64,000 nt of DNA from Deltaproteobacteria bacterium (lineage in GTDB: Bacteria > Myxococcota > UBA727 > VGSZ01). The DNA lies in contig JACOUT010000005.1 of NCBI GenBank assembly GCA_016177705.1, forward strand, positions 30,374-94,373, read 5' to 3'. The notes below the pieces were generated by a model, which was given only the letters and a program-made list of their open reading frames with translations, was not told where the DNA came from and did not search any database. Shown here one piece after another: positions 47,770 to 56,861 of the stretch. Positions within the stretch are counted from its first letter, which is position 1. Each line of letters starts with the position of its first letter. The translations under genes were made by a program, and so were the position numbers.

Positions 47770-49209
47770 CTATCGCAGCAGCTCGCCTGCGCGCGCCCGC
47801 CTGATGAACTGCCCGCCGCCCTTGGCCTGCTGGCTGCCCTTGTCGACGACAATACGGCCGCGCGAGATGACCGTGTCGGGATAGCCCTTGACGGTGAAGC
47901 CCTCGAACGCCGAGTAGTCCACCCGCATGCGGTGCGTCCGCGGGTTGTTGACGCTGATGGTCTCGGTGCGGTTGGGGTCGAAGACCACGATGTCGGCGTC
48001 GGACCCGACCGCGATGGTGCCCTTCCGGGGGAACAGGCCGAAGATCTTGGCCGCGAACGTGGAGGTGACCTCGACGAAGCGGTTGAGCGACAGTCGGCCC
48101 TCGACCACGCCGCCCTGGTACATGAGCGCCATGCGGTTCTCGACGCCGGGAGCGCCGTTCGGGATCTTGTTGAAGCCCGCGCGGCCGAGCTCCTTGCCCG
48201 GGCGTTCGGGCGACGGGTCGCCAGGCTTCCAAGTGCCGTTGAAGAAGAAGGGGCAGTGGTCGGTGGCCACCGAGTGCACGTGGTGGAGCCTGAGCCCCTG
48301 CCACAGCGCGTCTTGGTTCCCCTTCTCGCGCAGCGGCGGCGACATGACCCACTTGGCGCCCTCGAAGCCGCCGTTGCCCTCGCTCAGGTAGGCGCTCTCG
48401 TCGAGGAACAGGTACTGCGGGCAGGTCTCGGCGTGCACGTCGACGCCGCGCATCCTACCGAGCTTGATCTGCTCGAGCCCGTCGGCCGACGACAGGTGCA
48501 CGATGTACAGCGAGGCGCCAGCCAGCTCGGCGATGGCGATGGCGCGGTGCACGCTCTCGGCCTCCATGCGCGTCGGCCGCGTCCTGGCATGCCAGATGGG
48601 TGCGAGCTTCTTGTCCTGCACCGCGCCCTTGATGATCTCGTCGATGACGATGCCGTTTTCGGCATGGAGGCACACGCGCGAGCCGTCGGCGCCGGCCTGC
48701 CGGAAGGCGCGGTAGAGTGTGCCGTCGTCGGCGTAGAGCACGCCGGGGTACGCCATGAACATCTTGTACGAGGTGACGCCGTCGTCGGCGAGCCGCCGCA
48801 TCTCCGAGATGCGCTCCTCCGGCATGTCGGTGAGGATCATGTGGAACGCGTAGTCGATGGCCGCCTTGCCCTCGGCCTTCTTGTGCCAGGCGTCGAGCCC
48901 TTCGAGGGCGCTCTTGCCGCGCGTCTGGATGGCGTAGTCGATGATGGTCGTGGTGCCGCCGAAGGCGGCCGCGACCGTGCCGGTGTCGAAGTCGTCCGAT
49001 GAGAAGGTGCCACCGAAGGGCATGTCCATGTGCGTGTGCGGATCGATGCCGCCCGGGATCACCAGCTTGCCGGTGGCGTCGAGAACGGTTTCGGCCTTGA
49101 CCGCGAGGTCCTTGCCGATCTGCTTGACGGTGCCGCCGTCGACGAACACGTCGGCGAAGTAGTCGTCGGTGGCGGTGATGACGCGGCCATTCTTGATGAG
49201 CAGGCTCAT
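47770..49209 (-). CDS. dihydropyrimidinase / D-hydantoinase (cyclic amidohydrolase)
   Basis: 'IPGGIDPHTHMDMPFGG', 'VHLSS', C-terminal 'GSDADIVVFDP' typical of the family. Confidence 0.9.
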   Translation of the reverse strand: MSLLIKNGRVITATDDYFADVFVDGGTVKQIGKDLAVKAETVLDATGKLVIPGGIDPHTHMDMPFGGTFSSDDFDTGTVAAAFGGTTTIIDYAIQTRGKSALEGLDAWHKKAEGKAAIDYAFHMILTDMPEERISEMRRLADDGVTSYKMFMAYPGVLYADDGTLYRAFRQAGADGSRVCLHAENGIVIDEIIKGAVQDKKLAPIWHARTRPTRMEAESVHRAIAIAELAGASLYIVHLSSADGLEQIKLGRMRGVDVHAETCPQYLFLDESAYLSEGNGGFEGAKWVMSPPLREKGNQDALWQGLRLHHVHSVATDHCPFFFNGTWKPGDPSPERPGKELGRAGFNKIPNGAPGVENRMALMYQGGVVEGRLSLNRFVEVTSTFAAKIFGLFPRKGTIAVGSDADIVVFDPNRTETISVNNPRTHRMRVDYSAFEGFTVKGYPDTVISRGRIVVDKGSQQAKGGGQFIRRARAGELLR

Positions 49210-49281
49210 GGAAGCACCTCGGCGCAGAGGTGACTCCAAAAGCGAAGGCCGCGCAATCAGGCGCGACCGGCGCGACGCGCG

Positions 49282-50181
49282 CTACGACGCTGCGCGTGGC
49301 TCGACGTGGACCTGCACGCCCATCACACCGGGTATGCCCTCCTTGACCGCATCCTCGACCCGGTGAGCAAGCACGTGCGCTGCGGCCACGGTGAGCGCGC
49401 CGTCCACCTCGACGGTCAGGTCGATGAAGATGCCGCCCGGCGTACCGCGCGAGCGTCCATCCTTCGCGGCGCCGACACCGTCGACGCCGCGTGCCAGATC
49501 GAGCACGCGCGCCGGATCGAGCACGCTGGCGTCGAGCAAGTAGCCGGCGTTCTCGCGCAGCACGCGCGACGCCAACAGCACGATATAGACGGCGATGGCC
49601 GCGCCGGCGAGCGCGTCGAGCCAGACCAGCCCCCGCCACACCAACAGCGTCGAGGCGGCGACGCCGACCGTGACCAGGATGTCGCCGCGCGTGTGTGCCG
49701 CGTCCGACAGCAGCCCCGGGCTCATCAACCGCTTGCCGGCGCGCGCCTCGTAGGTCGCCACCACCACGTTCACCAAGAAGGTCACGCCGAGCACCACGAA
49801 CGCGATGGGTTCGATGGCCGGCGCGCCGCCCATGCCGCGCAGCCGATCGACCACGCCCATCAGGACGTTGAAGGCGGCGGCCAGCAGCGACAGCCCGATG
49901 AAGCTCGCTGCCAGCACCTCGAACTTGCGGTGGCCGTAGGGGTGCTCCTTGTCGGGCGGCGCAGCGGCGAGCCAGGTGCCGACCAGCAGCACCACGTTGT
50001 TGAGCCCGTCGGTGGAGGAATGGAATCCGTCCGCACGGATGGAAAGCGAGTCCAACGTCGCGCCCACCACCACCTTGGCGACCGCCACGGCGACGTTGGC
50101 TACCAGCGTGACGATGAGGACGGCGCGGATGCCGCGCGCCCGCTGCGCCTCCTGCTCCTCGCGAGTCATCGCGCCGAGCAT
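49282..50181 (-). CDS. cation diffusion facilitator (CDF) family efflux transporter
   Basis: ATG at 50181 'MLGAMTREEQ'; 'HSSTDGLNNVVLLVG', 'YGHRKFEVLAA', 'DAAHTRGD' CDF motifs. Confidence 0.8.
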   Translation of the reverse strand: MLGAMTREEQEAQRARGIRAVLIVTLVANVAVAVAKVVVGATLDSLSIRADGFHSSTDGLNNVVLLVGTWLAAAPPDKEHPYGHRKFEVLAASFIGLSLLAAAFNVLMGVVDRLRGMGGAPAIEPIAFVVLGVTFLVNVVVATYEARAGKRLMSPGLLSDAAHTRGDILVTVGVAASTLLVWRGLVWLDALAGAAIAVYIVLLASRVLRENAGYLLDASVLDPARVLDLARGVDGVGAAKDGRSRGTPGGIFIDLTVEVDGALTVAAAHVLAHRVEDAVKEGIPGVMGVQVHVEPRAAS

Positions 50182-50262
50182 AGCGTTGCTGCGCCGTCTC
50201 GACCCAGCGCAAGACCGGCCGGATTCTCGCGATGTCGCGCGCCACTCGGTACAACGTGGGAG

Positions 50263-51549
50263 ATGGCCTCCGACGGCCCCCGCGCCGCAACCGTCCTCGG
50301 CATGACCATCGCGCGCAACCGCATCGAGCGGCTGATCGGCGGCGGCGCGATGGGGCGTGTCTTCGTGTGTCGAACCCCCGAGGATCGGGTGGTCGCGGTC
50401 AAGCTGCTGCGCAGCTCGCACGCCGCCATGGGTGATCGGCTGCTCGACAAGCGCGGCGCGCTCGAGAAGGTGCGCTCACCGCACGTCGTCGAGGTGTACG
50501 ACGTCTCGGTCTACAACAACGTGCCCTTCGTGGTGATGGAGCTGGCGGAGGGCGGCACGCTCGCCGACCTGCTCAAGCAGGGCCCGCTGCGCACCGTCGA
50601 CGCGCTCGGCTACGCGGGCGAGATCGCCGAGGGCGCGCGGGCCGCCTGGGCGCAGGGCGTGGCGCACGGCGATCTGCGCCCGCACAACGTCTTGTTGGTG
50701 CAGGACCACGTCAAGCTGGTCGACTTCCTGCTCGCGCCCGCCGTCGAGGGCACGACCTCGGTCCGCGGCACGCCGGCCTACGTCGCACCCGAGTTGTTGG
50801 TAGGCACGCCACCGGACGCGCTCAGCGACATCTACGCCTTCGGCTCGATGCTCGCCGAGTGCTTGACCGGCAGGACCCCGTACCAGGGATCGCCCGGCGC
50901 GGTGCTGCAGCAGCAGAGCGCCGATCGGCCCATCTCCTTCGCGGCGATGATGCCGGGCGCACCCCACTTCCTGGTCGAGCTGGTCGATCGCCTGCTCGAG
51001 AAGGACCGCGCGCGCCGCATGAAGACCTGGGACGAGGTCATCGAGGGCGTCGAGCGCGCAAAGCGCGGCCTGTCGATGAAAGAGGTCAAGCCGCAGTTGC
51101 CCGACGTCGAGCTCGACATCGACACCTCGTTCGACGATGAGCACAAGACCGCCGAGGTGCACACCTCGGCCTCGGCCAAAGACCTGATGGACTCCATCGA
51201 CGACGAGGAGCCCATCATCCCCGCTGCTGCTCCCGCGGCGCCGGCCGCCGCCGCGTCGCCATGGGTCCATCGCGCCGCCGCCAAGCCGGAGCAGGCTCCG
51301 CCGTCGGTGTTGGCGCCGGCGCCGATGCCGATGAGCCTCGAAGAGCTGGAGCTGCCGGAGCTGCCGCCGCCGGCTGCTCTCGACGAGGCCGTCGCCTTCG
51401 ACGTGGACGAGGCGATCGACGATCAGGTGCTCGAGGACGAAGCGACGCGCGTGCAGCCGGGCATCACCTCGGCAGCCGACGCGCTCGGCGACCTGCTCGG
51501 CGACCGATCCGGCGCCGGGCAGGCCAAGCCGAAGCCGAAGAAGCCCTGA
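50263..51549 (+). CDS. Ser/Thr protein kinase with acidic/Pro-rich C-terminal tail
   Basis: ATG 50263; 'VAVKLL', 'HGDLRPHNVLL', 'DFL', 'GTPAYVAPE'. Confidence 0.8.
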   Translation: MASDGPRAATVLGMTIARNRIERLIGGGAMGRVFVCRTPEDRVVAVKLLRSSHAAMGDRLLDKRGALEKVRSPHVVEVYDVSVYNNVPFVVMELAEGGTLADLLKQGPLRTVDALGYAGEIAEGARAAWAQGVAHGDLRPHNVLLVQDHVKLVDFLLAPAVEGTTSVRGTPAYVAPELLVGTPPDALSDIYAFGSMLAECLTGRTPYQGSPGAVLQQQSADRPISFAAMMPGAPHFLVELVDRLLEKDRARRMKTWDEVIEGVERAKRGLSMKEVKPQLPDVELDIDTSFDDEHKTAEVHTSASAKDLMDSIDDEEPIIPAAAPAAPAAAASPWVHRAAAKPEQAPPSVLAPAPMPMSLEELELPELPPPAALDEAVAFDVDEAIDDQVLEDEATRVQPGITSAADALGDLLGDRSGAGQAKPKPKKP

Positions 51550-51555
51550 CCCGCG

Positions 51556-53355
51556 CTACAGCCCGAGCCGCGCGTTCACCTCGGCCTTGGTGCGCTGGCC
51601 TTGCGCCTCGAGCCGCGCGCGCGCCGCCGCGATCTCGCCACGCGCGCTCACCCTCGCCACCAGCTCGTCGTACAGCTTGATCTTGGGCTCTGTGCCCGAG
51701 GGGCGCACCGTCAGGCGCGCGCCGTCCTCGGTGTGCAGCACCACCACGTCCGCCGGGTTGCCGTCCCTCGCCAGATCGTCGACGCGCACCACCTTCTTGC
51801 CGTCGAGCACGGCCGGTGGATCCTTGCGCAACGCCGCCATCGCGCCCTTGATGCGCTCCATGCCCGAGGCGCCGGGCATGGTCACCGACCAGTTGACGGC
51901 GTGCGACAGGCCGTGCGCGACGAACAGCTCCTCGAGCCGGTCGAGCACGGTCTTGCCCTCCGCCTTGAGCGCGCGCGCCAGCTCGGCGAAGCGCACGGCG
52001 GCGCCGATGCCGTCCTTGTCTTTCACCAGCGGGCCCACCGAGTAGCCGAGCGCCTCCTCGTAGCCGCACACGAAGTGCTCGCCGTGCGGCGCCCGCTCCA
52101 TGGCCTTGTTGGCGATCCACTTGAAGCCGGTGAGCGTCTCGGCGTACGCGGCGCCCTTGTCCTTGGCCATGCGTGACAAGAACGTCGACGACACGATGGT
52201 GGTGACGACGAGCTTCTTGCCGGCGCCCACCGGCAGCGGCTGGTGGTCGAGCGCGTCGGCGCACAGCAGCATGCCGATCTCGTTGCCCGACAAGAGCCGA
52301 TAGGCGCCGTCCGTCGCAACGGCGACCGCCAGTCGATCGGCGTCGGGGTCGTTGGCGAGGATCAGCTCGGCGCCGGCCTCCTTGGCGACCGCGATGGCGC
52401 GGTCGAGCGCGCCCTTCTCCTCGGGGTTGGGAAACGCCACCGTGCGGAAGGTGCCGTCGGGATCGGCCTGGGTCGGCTCGTCGATGACGCCGAGAAAGCC
52501 GGCCTCGGCGAGCGCTCGCAGCGCCAGACGATGACCGACGCCGTGCATGGCGGTGTAGACGATGCGCAGCGGCGCGCCGCCGGCCGACGCGCGGTGCCAA
52601 GCCAAGCCGCGCACGGCGTCGAGGTAGGCGCGCTCGACGTCGTCGGCGACCAGCCTGCGCACGCCGCGCGCCGCGGCGTCAGGTGGTGCCACGCGCTCGA
52701 TCGCGTTCGGCGCGGGCGCCTTGGTGATGCAGGCGGCGATGCCGGAGTCGTGCGGCGGGATGATCTGCGCCGCGTTGGCCCAGTAGACCTTGTAGCCGTT
52801 GTCGGCCGGCGGATTGTGGCTCGCGGTCACCATGACACCGGCGGCGGCGCCGAGCTGCTCGACGGCGAACGCGCACAAAGGGGTCGGCACCGGGTCGAGG
52901 AAGACGAGTGCAGGGACGCCCTGCGCCGCCAGCACCGCGCAGGTGTCCTCGGCGAATTGGCGCGACGACAGGCGGCCGTCGAAGCCGACCACCACGCCGC
53001 GCTTGCGGGCGTCGACGCCGAAGCGCGCGCCCTCGTCGAGCAGGTAGCGGCCCACGCCCCAGCTCGCCTGCATGACCACGCTGCGGTTCATGCGGGCGCT
53101 GCCCGCCTCGACGCGCCCGCGCAGGCCCGCCGTGCCGAAGCTCAGCGTGCCGGCGAAGCGCTCGACGAGGTCGGCGCCGGCCGCGTCGTCGCCGGCCTCG
53201 GCGCGAGCGAGCAACGCCGACAGCTCGGCCCTGGTCTCCGGGTCCGGATCCTCGGCGAGGAACTTGCGCGCGCGCGCCAGCGTCTCAGTCAACTTCCCTG
53301 TGCTGGTCCCTGTGCTGGTCCCTGTGCTGGTCCCTGTGGTCGATCCTGCGGCCAT
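51556..53355 (-). CDS. alpha-D-phosphohexomutase (phosphoglucomutase/phosphomannomutase family, PgcA-like)
   Basis: 'VTASHNPPADNGYKVY' active-site loop (phosphoserine), 'GFDGR', C-terminal domain conserved. Confidence 0.85.
   Translation of the reverse strand: MAAGSTTGTSTGTSTGTSTGKLTETLARARKFLAEDPDPETRAELSALLARAEAGDDAAGADLVERFAGTLSFGTAGLRGRVEAGSARMNRSVVMQASWGVGRYLLDEGARFGVDARKRGVVVGFDGRLSSRQFAEDTCAVLAAQGVPALVFLDPVPTPLCAFAVEQLGAAAGVMVTASHNPPADNGYKVYWANAAQIIPPHDSGIAACITKAPAPNAIERVAPPDAAARGVRRLVADDVERAYLDAVRGLAWHRASAGGAPLRIVYTAMHGVGHRLALRALAEAGFLGVIDEPTQADPDGTFRTVAFPNPEEKGALDRAIAVAKEAGAELILANDPDADRLAVAVATDGAYRLLSGNEIGMLLCADALDHQPLPVGAGKKLVVTTIVSSTFLSRMAKDKGAAYAETLTGFKWIANKAMERAPHGEHFVCGYEEALGYSVGPLVKDKDGIGAAVRFAELARALKAEGKTVLDRLEELFVAHGLSHAVNWSVTMPGASGMERIKGAMAALRKDPPAVLDGKKVVRVDDLARDGNPADVVVLHTEDGARLTVRPSGTEPKIKLYDELVARVSARGEIAAARARLEAQGQRTKAEVNARLGL
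53296..53340. repeat. 12-bp tandem repeat 'ccctgtgctggt' x3.75, encoding (TSTG)n at the N-terminus of the phosphohexomutase
   Basis: Read directly; gives '[13 protein letters not shown]' in the minus frame. Confidence 0.85.
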
Positions 53356-53440
53356 AGCTGCCTCCGTACGCGCGCGTCGCTAGTGAGTTCATCTACACTC
53401 GACAATGCAGGCGCGCTGAACCGCTCACCTCGGAGCCGAC

Positions 53441-54676
53441 ATGAGACGACGGATGAACAGCGTGCCCACCTTCCTGGCGGGCGTCCTCGTCGGGCTGGTC
53501 TTGGCCGCGGGCGGCGGCGTGGCGCTCGCCGCCGGCAACGTCGACGCCGCCTACCAGAAGCTGCGCGTGTTCTCGCAGGTGCTCACCTACGTGCAGCAGA
53601 GCTACGTCGACGAGGTGGACGGCGACGAACTGGTCTACGACGCGGTGGTCGGCATGCTGTCGGGCCTCGATCCGCACACCGTCTTCATGCGCCCCGCCGA
53701 GTACGAGAAGCTGCGCGAGGACACGGTGGGCGAGTTCGGCGGCCTCGGCATCGAGGTCGGCGTGGCCGGCGACGTCATCCAGGTGGAGGTGGTGCACGCC
53801 GAGAGCCCGGGCGCGCACGCGGGGCTGCGCCCGGGTGATCGCATCATCGCGGTCGACAACGAGAGCCTGCGCGGCCAGCCCATCGAGGCGAGCGTGCGGC
53901 TGATGCGCGGGCTGCCGGGCACGCGCGTGGTGCTGACCGTCGAGCGCAAGGGCTGGGAGCGCCCACGCGACATCCCGCTGGTGCGCCGTCAGGTGCGGGT
54001 CCCCTCGGTGGATCTCGAGGATCTCGGTGACGGCGTCGCCTACGTGCGCGTGCGCGCGTTCCAAGAACGCACCGACTTCGAGCTGTCGAAAGCGCTGGCC
54101 GAGGCGCGGCGCAGCGCCAAGGCGGCCGGCCGCGAGCTTCCCGCCGGGCTGGTGCTCGATCTGCGCGACAACCCGGGCGGCCTGCTCGACGAGGGCGTGC
54201 GCGTCGCCGACCGCTTCCTGGCCGAGGGGATCATCGTCACCACCAAGGGGCGCAACCCCCGCAACACCGAGGTGGAGAACGCGCGCCCCGACGGCACCGA
54301 GCCCGGCTACCCCATCGCGATCCTGGTCAACGACGGCACCGCGTCGGCCAGCGAGATCGTCGCCGGCGCCCTGCAGGACCACCACCGCGCGGCCGTGGTC
54401 GGCACGCGCACCTTCGGCAAGGGATCGGTGCAGACCCTGTTCGGCCTAGACGACGGCGCCGGCCTCAAGCTGACCATCGCGCGCTACTTCACGCCGAGCG
54501 GCCGCTCCATCCAGGACGTCGGCATCGAGCCCGATCTGGCGGTGCGTCCCGCCGACGAGCTGCCGGCCGGCCTCAAGGGGGCGGAGCGCGCCAAGCGCGA
54601 TCCCCAGGTGGCGGCGGCGCTCGACGCCCTCCGCCGGGGGCCGAAAAACCTCGCGCGTGGCCAAAAGGACGGATGA
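53441..54676 (+). CDS. ctpA: carboxyl-terminal processing protease (S41A) with PDZ domain
   Basis: Signal anchor, PDZ 'GLRPGDRIIAVDNESL', catalytic 'NDGTASASEIVAGAL', 'GTRTFGKGSVQT'. Confidence 0.85.
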   Translation: MRRRMNSVPTFLAGVLVGLVLAAGGGVALAAGNVDAAYQKLRVFSQVLTYVQQSYVDEVDGDELVYDAVVGMLSGLDPHTVFMRPAEYEKLREDTVGEFGGLGIEVGVAGDVIQVEVVHAESPGAHAGLRPGDRIIAVDNESLRGQPIEASVRLMRGLPGTRVVLTVERKGWERPRDIPLVRRQVRVPSVDLEDLGDGVAYVRVRAFQERTDFELSKALAEARRSAKAAGRELPAGLVLDLRDNPGGLLDEGVRVADRFLAEGIIVTTKGRNPRNTEVENARPDGTEPGYPIAILVNDGTASASEIVAGALQDHHRAAVVGTRTFGKGSVQTLFGLDDGAGLKLTIARYFTPSGRSIQDVGIEPDLAVRPADELPAGLKGAERAKRDPQVAAALDALRRGPKNLARGQKDG

Positions 54677-54687
54677 GGCGCGCGCCG

Positions 54688-54720
54688 CAGTGCCTTCTCA
54701 GTGCCTTCTCAGTGCCTTCG
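54688..54720 (+). promoter_or_regulatory. 3 x 11-bp direct repeat 'cagtgccttct' in the intergenic region upstream of the T3SS block
   Basis: Read directly at 54688-54720, 12 nt after the ctpA stop and ~170 nt upstream of the ATG at 54891. Confidence 0.6.
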
Positions 54721-54890
54721 AAGAGGCTATGGCTATCGTGTGCCGCGTGGCGCAGATCGGATGGCGCTGGCGGTCGATGTAGGACAGCGGCGCCACGCCG
54801 CCGATTGCCTCTTGGCGTCACCCCGCCGACGCGACGTATGATGCCGTTGGACCAACAGCCTCTCCACCCCGGACTCTCGTCGACAGCACC

Positions 54891-56861
54891 ATGGCCGCCT
54901 TCAAGCTGATCATCGAAGACGACGCCGGCAAGCAGATCATCGTGCCGTTCGCCAAGGACGTGATCACGATCGGTCGCAAGGAGGGCAATACCATCCGCCT
55001 GACCGAGCGGAACGTGTCGCGCAAGCATGCGCGGCTCTCCAAGGAGAACGGTCATGTCCTGGTAGAGGACCTGTCGAGCTACAACGGCATCCGGCTGAAC
55101 GGCGAGCGCATCACCGGGCGCGTGCAGGTCGCCGAGGGCGACACCATCCAGATCGGCGACTACCACCTCGCCATCCACGCGCAGGACGGGGCTGCCGCCA
55201 AGCCCGCAGGGTCCGGCGATCCGAACGAGACTGCGCAGATGCGCAGCGTGTCGGCGCCCACCACGATGGCGCCCGAGGATGACGAGTTTGCCGGCGATAC
55301 CCAGCGCTGGGAGGCTCCCGCCGACCTGTCCCCCGTGCCGGTCGGCTCGATGATGACGCAGGAGGAGCCCGCCATCCTGCCGACCGCCACGGCCGAGGAG
55401 ACCGTGCCGGGCCCGCATGCGGCTGGCGCCCCTACCGCCGACGGCAACCCGTTCCTCGGCGGCGGCGACACCGTGCGCGTGCCGTCGCCGTCGTCGCCGC
55501 TGTCGTCGCTCAACGCGGGCGCACCGTCGGCGATGCCCGCGCGCCGGCACGAGGTCGAGCTCGAGCCCACCGTGCGCCAGGTCGCGTCGCCCGCACCGGT
55601 CTCGGTGCCGGGCTCCGGCCATTTGGGAGAAGTCCCACGCCCGTCGTCCGCGCCGCCGGCAGCAGGCTCCGGCCCGAACCCGGCGCTCGCCGAGGACACC
55701 GCCACCGTGCGCGCGCCACCGGCGCCCGACGAGGACGTCGCCCAGCCGCGGCTGGTGGTGCTGAACACCATCTTCGCCGGCAGCGTGTTCCCGCTGCGCT
55801 CCACCGAGCAGGTGATCGGCCGCACCGACGAGAACGACATCACCGTCGAGCACCGCTCGGTGTCGCGCAACCACGCCAAGCTGGTGCGCGAGGGCGACCG
55901 CGTGCGCATCCTCGACCTGAAGAGCGCCAACGGCGTGCTGGTCAACGACGAGGAGGTCGAACAGCAGGTCTTGCAGTCAGGCGACGTCATCGAGCTCGGT
56001 CGCGTGCGATTGCGCTTCGTTCCGGTGGGCGAGCGCTTCGCCGTGCCGGCCGACGAGATCGAGCGCGCGCGCCTGGCGGACGCCGCGGGCGACGACTTCG
56101 AGAGCGACGCCAGCACCGGCATCACCAACCCGGTGCGGCCCAAGAAGAGCCTGCACTCGGACGCCGACCTGGTGCTACCGACGTCTGGCCTGGGCATGCG
56201 CAAGCTGCCGGTGCCGGTGTTGGCAGGCGCCGGGGTGCTTTTGCTGCTGCTCGTCGTCATCGTGGTGCTGTTGGCGCGCGGTGGCAGCGACGAGCAGCCG
56301 GCGGTGACGCCGCTGCCGCCCGGCGACCCACGCGTGGCGGTCATCGACAAGCCGGCCCCACCCACGCCGCCGGCCGACCCCGCGGCGACCGCGCCGACGC
56401 CGACGCCACCGGTCGCCGACCCCGCCGTGCCCGACCCGGTCGCCGCCGACCCCGCCGTGCCGGCGCCGGTCGGCGACCCAACGCCCGATCCCGCGCCGGA
56501 TCCGATCGACGCCACGCCCGATCCCGATCCCGGCGCGACGCGTCCGCCCGACCCGAACCGGGTGCGCAAGCCGCCCCCGGCCGAGCCGCGCATGTCCAAG
56601 GCGGACATCGAGAGCGCCATCACCGAGGCACGCAAGTTCTACGTGCAGGGCAAGCACGACAAGGCGATCGAGACCATCAAGCCGGTGACCAAGGCGGACA
56701 AGAACAACGCCACCGCGTGGAAGCTGCTCGGCATGGCCGCCCAGAAGCTCAACCGCTTGCAGACCATGTGCGGCGCCTACGGTGAGCTGCTGCGCCTGCA
56801 ACCGAGCGGGCCCGACGCCGAACAGGCACGCAGCAACCGCAAGACGGCGAACTGCAAATGA
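54891..56861 (+). CDS. FHA-domain inner-membrane protein, candidate T3SS SctD/YscD-like (2 FHA, TM helix, Pro-rich periplasmic part, TPR)
   Basis: Two FHA cores ('ITIGRKEGNTIRLTERNVSRKHARL', 'VIGRTDENDITVEHRSVSRNHAKL'), TM 'LPVPVLAGAGVLLLLLVVIVVLLA', Pro-rich repeats 'PAVPDPVAADPAVPAPVGDP'; 4-nt overlap with sctN. Confidence 0.65.
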   Translation: MAAFKLIIEDDAGKQIIVPFAKDVITIGRKEGNTIRLTERNVSRKHARLSKENGHVLVEDLSSYNGIRLNGERITGRVQVAEGDTIQIGDYHLAIHAQDGAAAKPAGSGDPNETAQMRSVSAPTTMAPEDDEFAGDTQRWEAPADLSPVPVGSMMTQEEPAILPTATAEETVPGPHAAGAPTADGNPFLGGGDTVRVPSPSSPLSSLNAGAPSAMPARRHEVELEPTVRQVASPAPVSVPGSGHLGEVPRPSSAPPAAGSGPNPALAEDTATVRAPPAPDEDVAQPRLVVLNTIFAGSVFPLRSTEQVIGRTDENDITVEHRSVSRNHAKLVREGDRVRILDLKSANGVLVNDEEVEQQVLQSGDVIELGRVRLRFVPVGERFAVPADEIERARLADAAGDDFESDASTGITNPVRPKKSLHSDADLVLPTSGLGMRKLPVPVLAGAGVLLLLLVVIVVLLARGGSDEQPAVTPLPPGDPRVAVIDKPAPPTPPADPAATAPTPTPPVADPAVPDPVAADPAVPAPVGDPTPDPAPDPIDATPDPDPGATRPPDPNRVRKPPPAEPRMSKADIESAITEARKFYVQGKHDKAIETIKPVTKADKNNATAWKLLGMAAQKLNRLQTMCGAYGELLRLQPSGPDAEQARSNRKTANCK

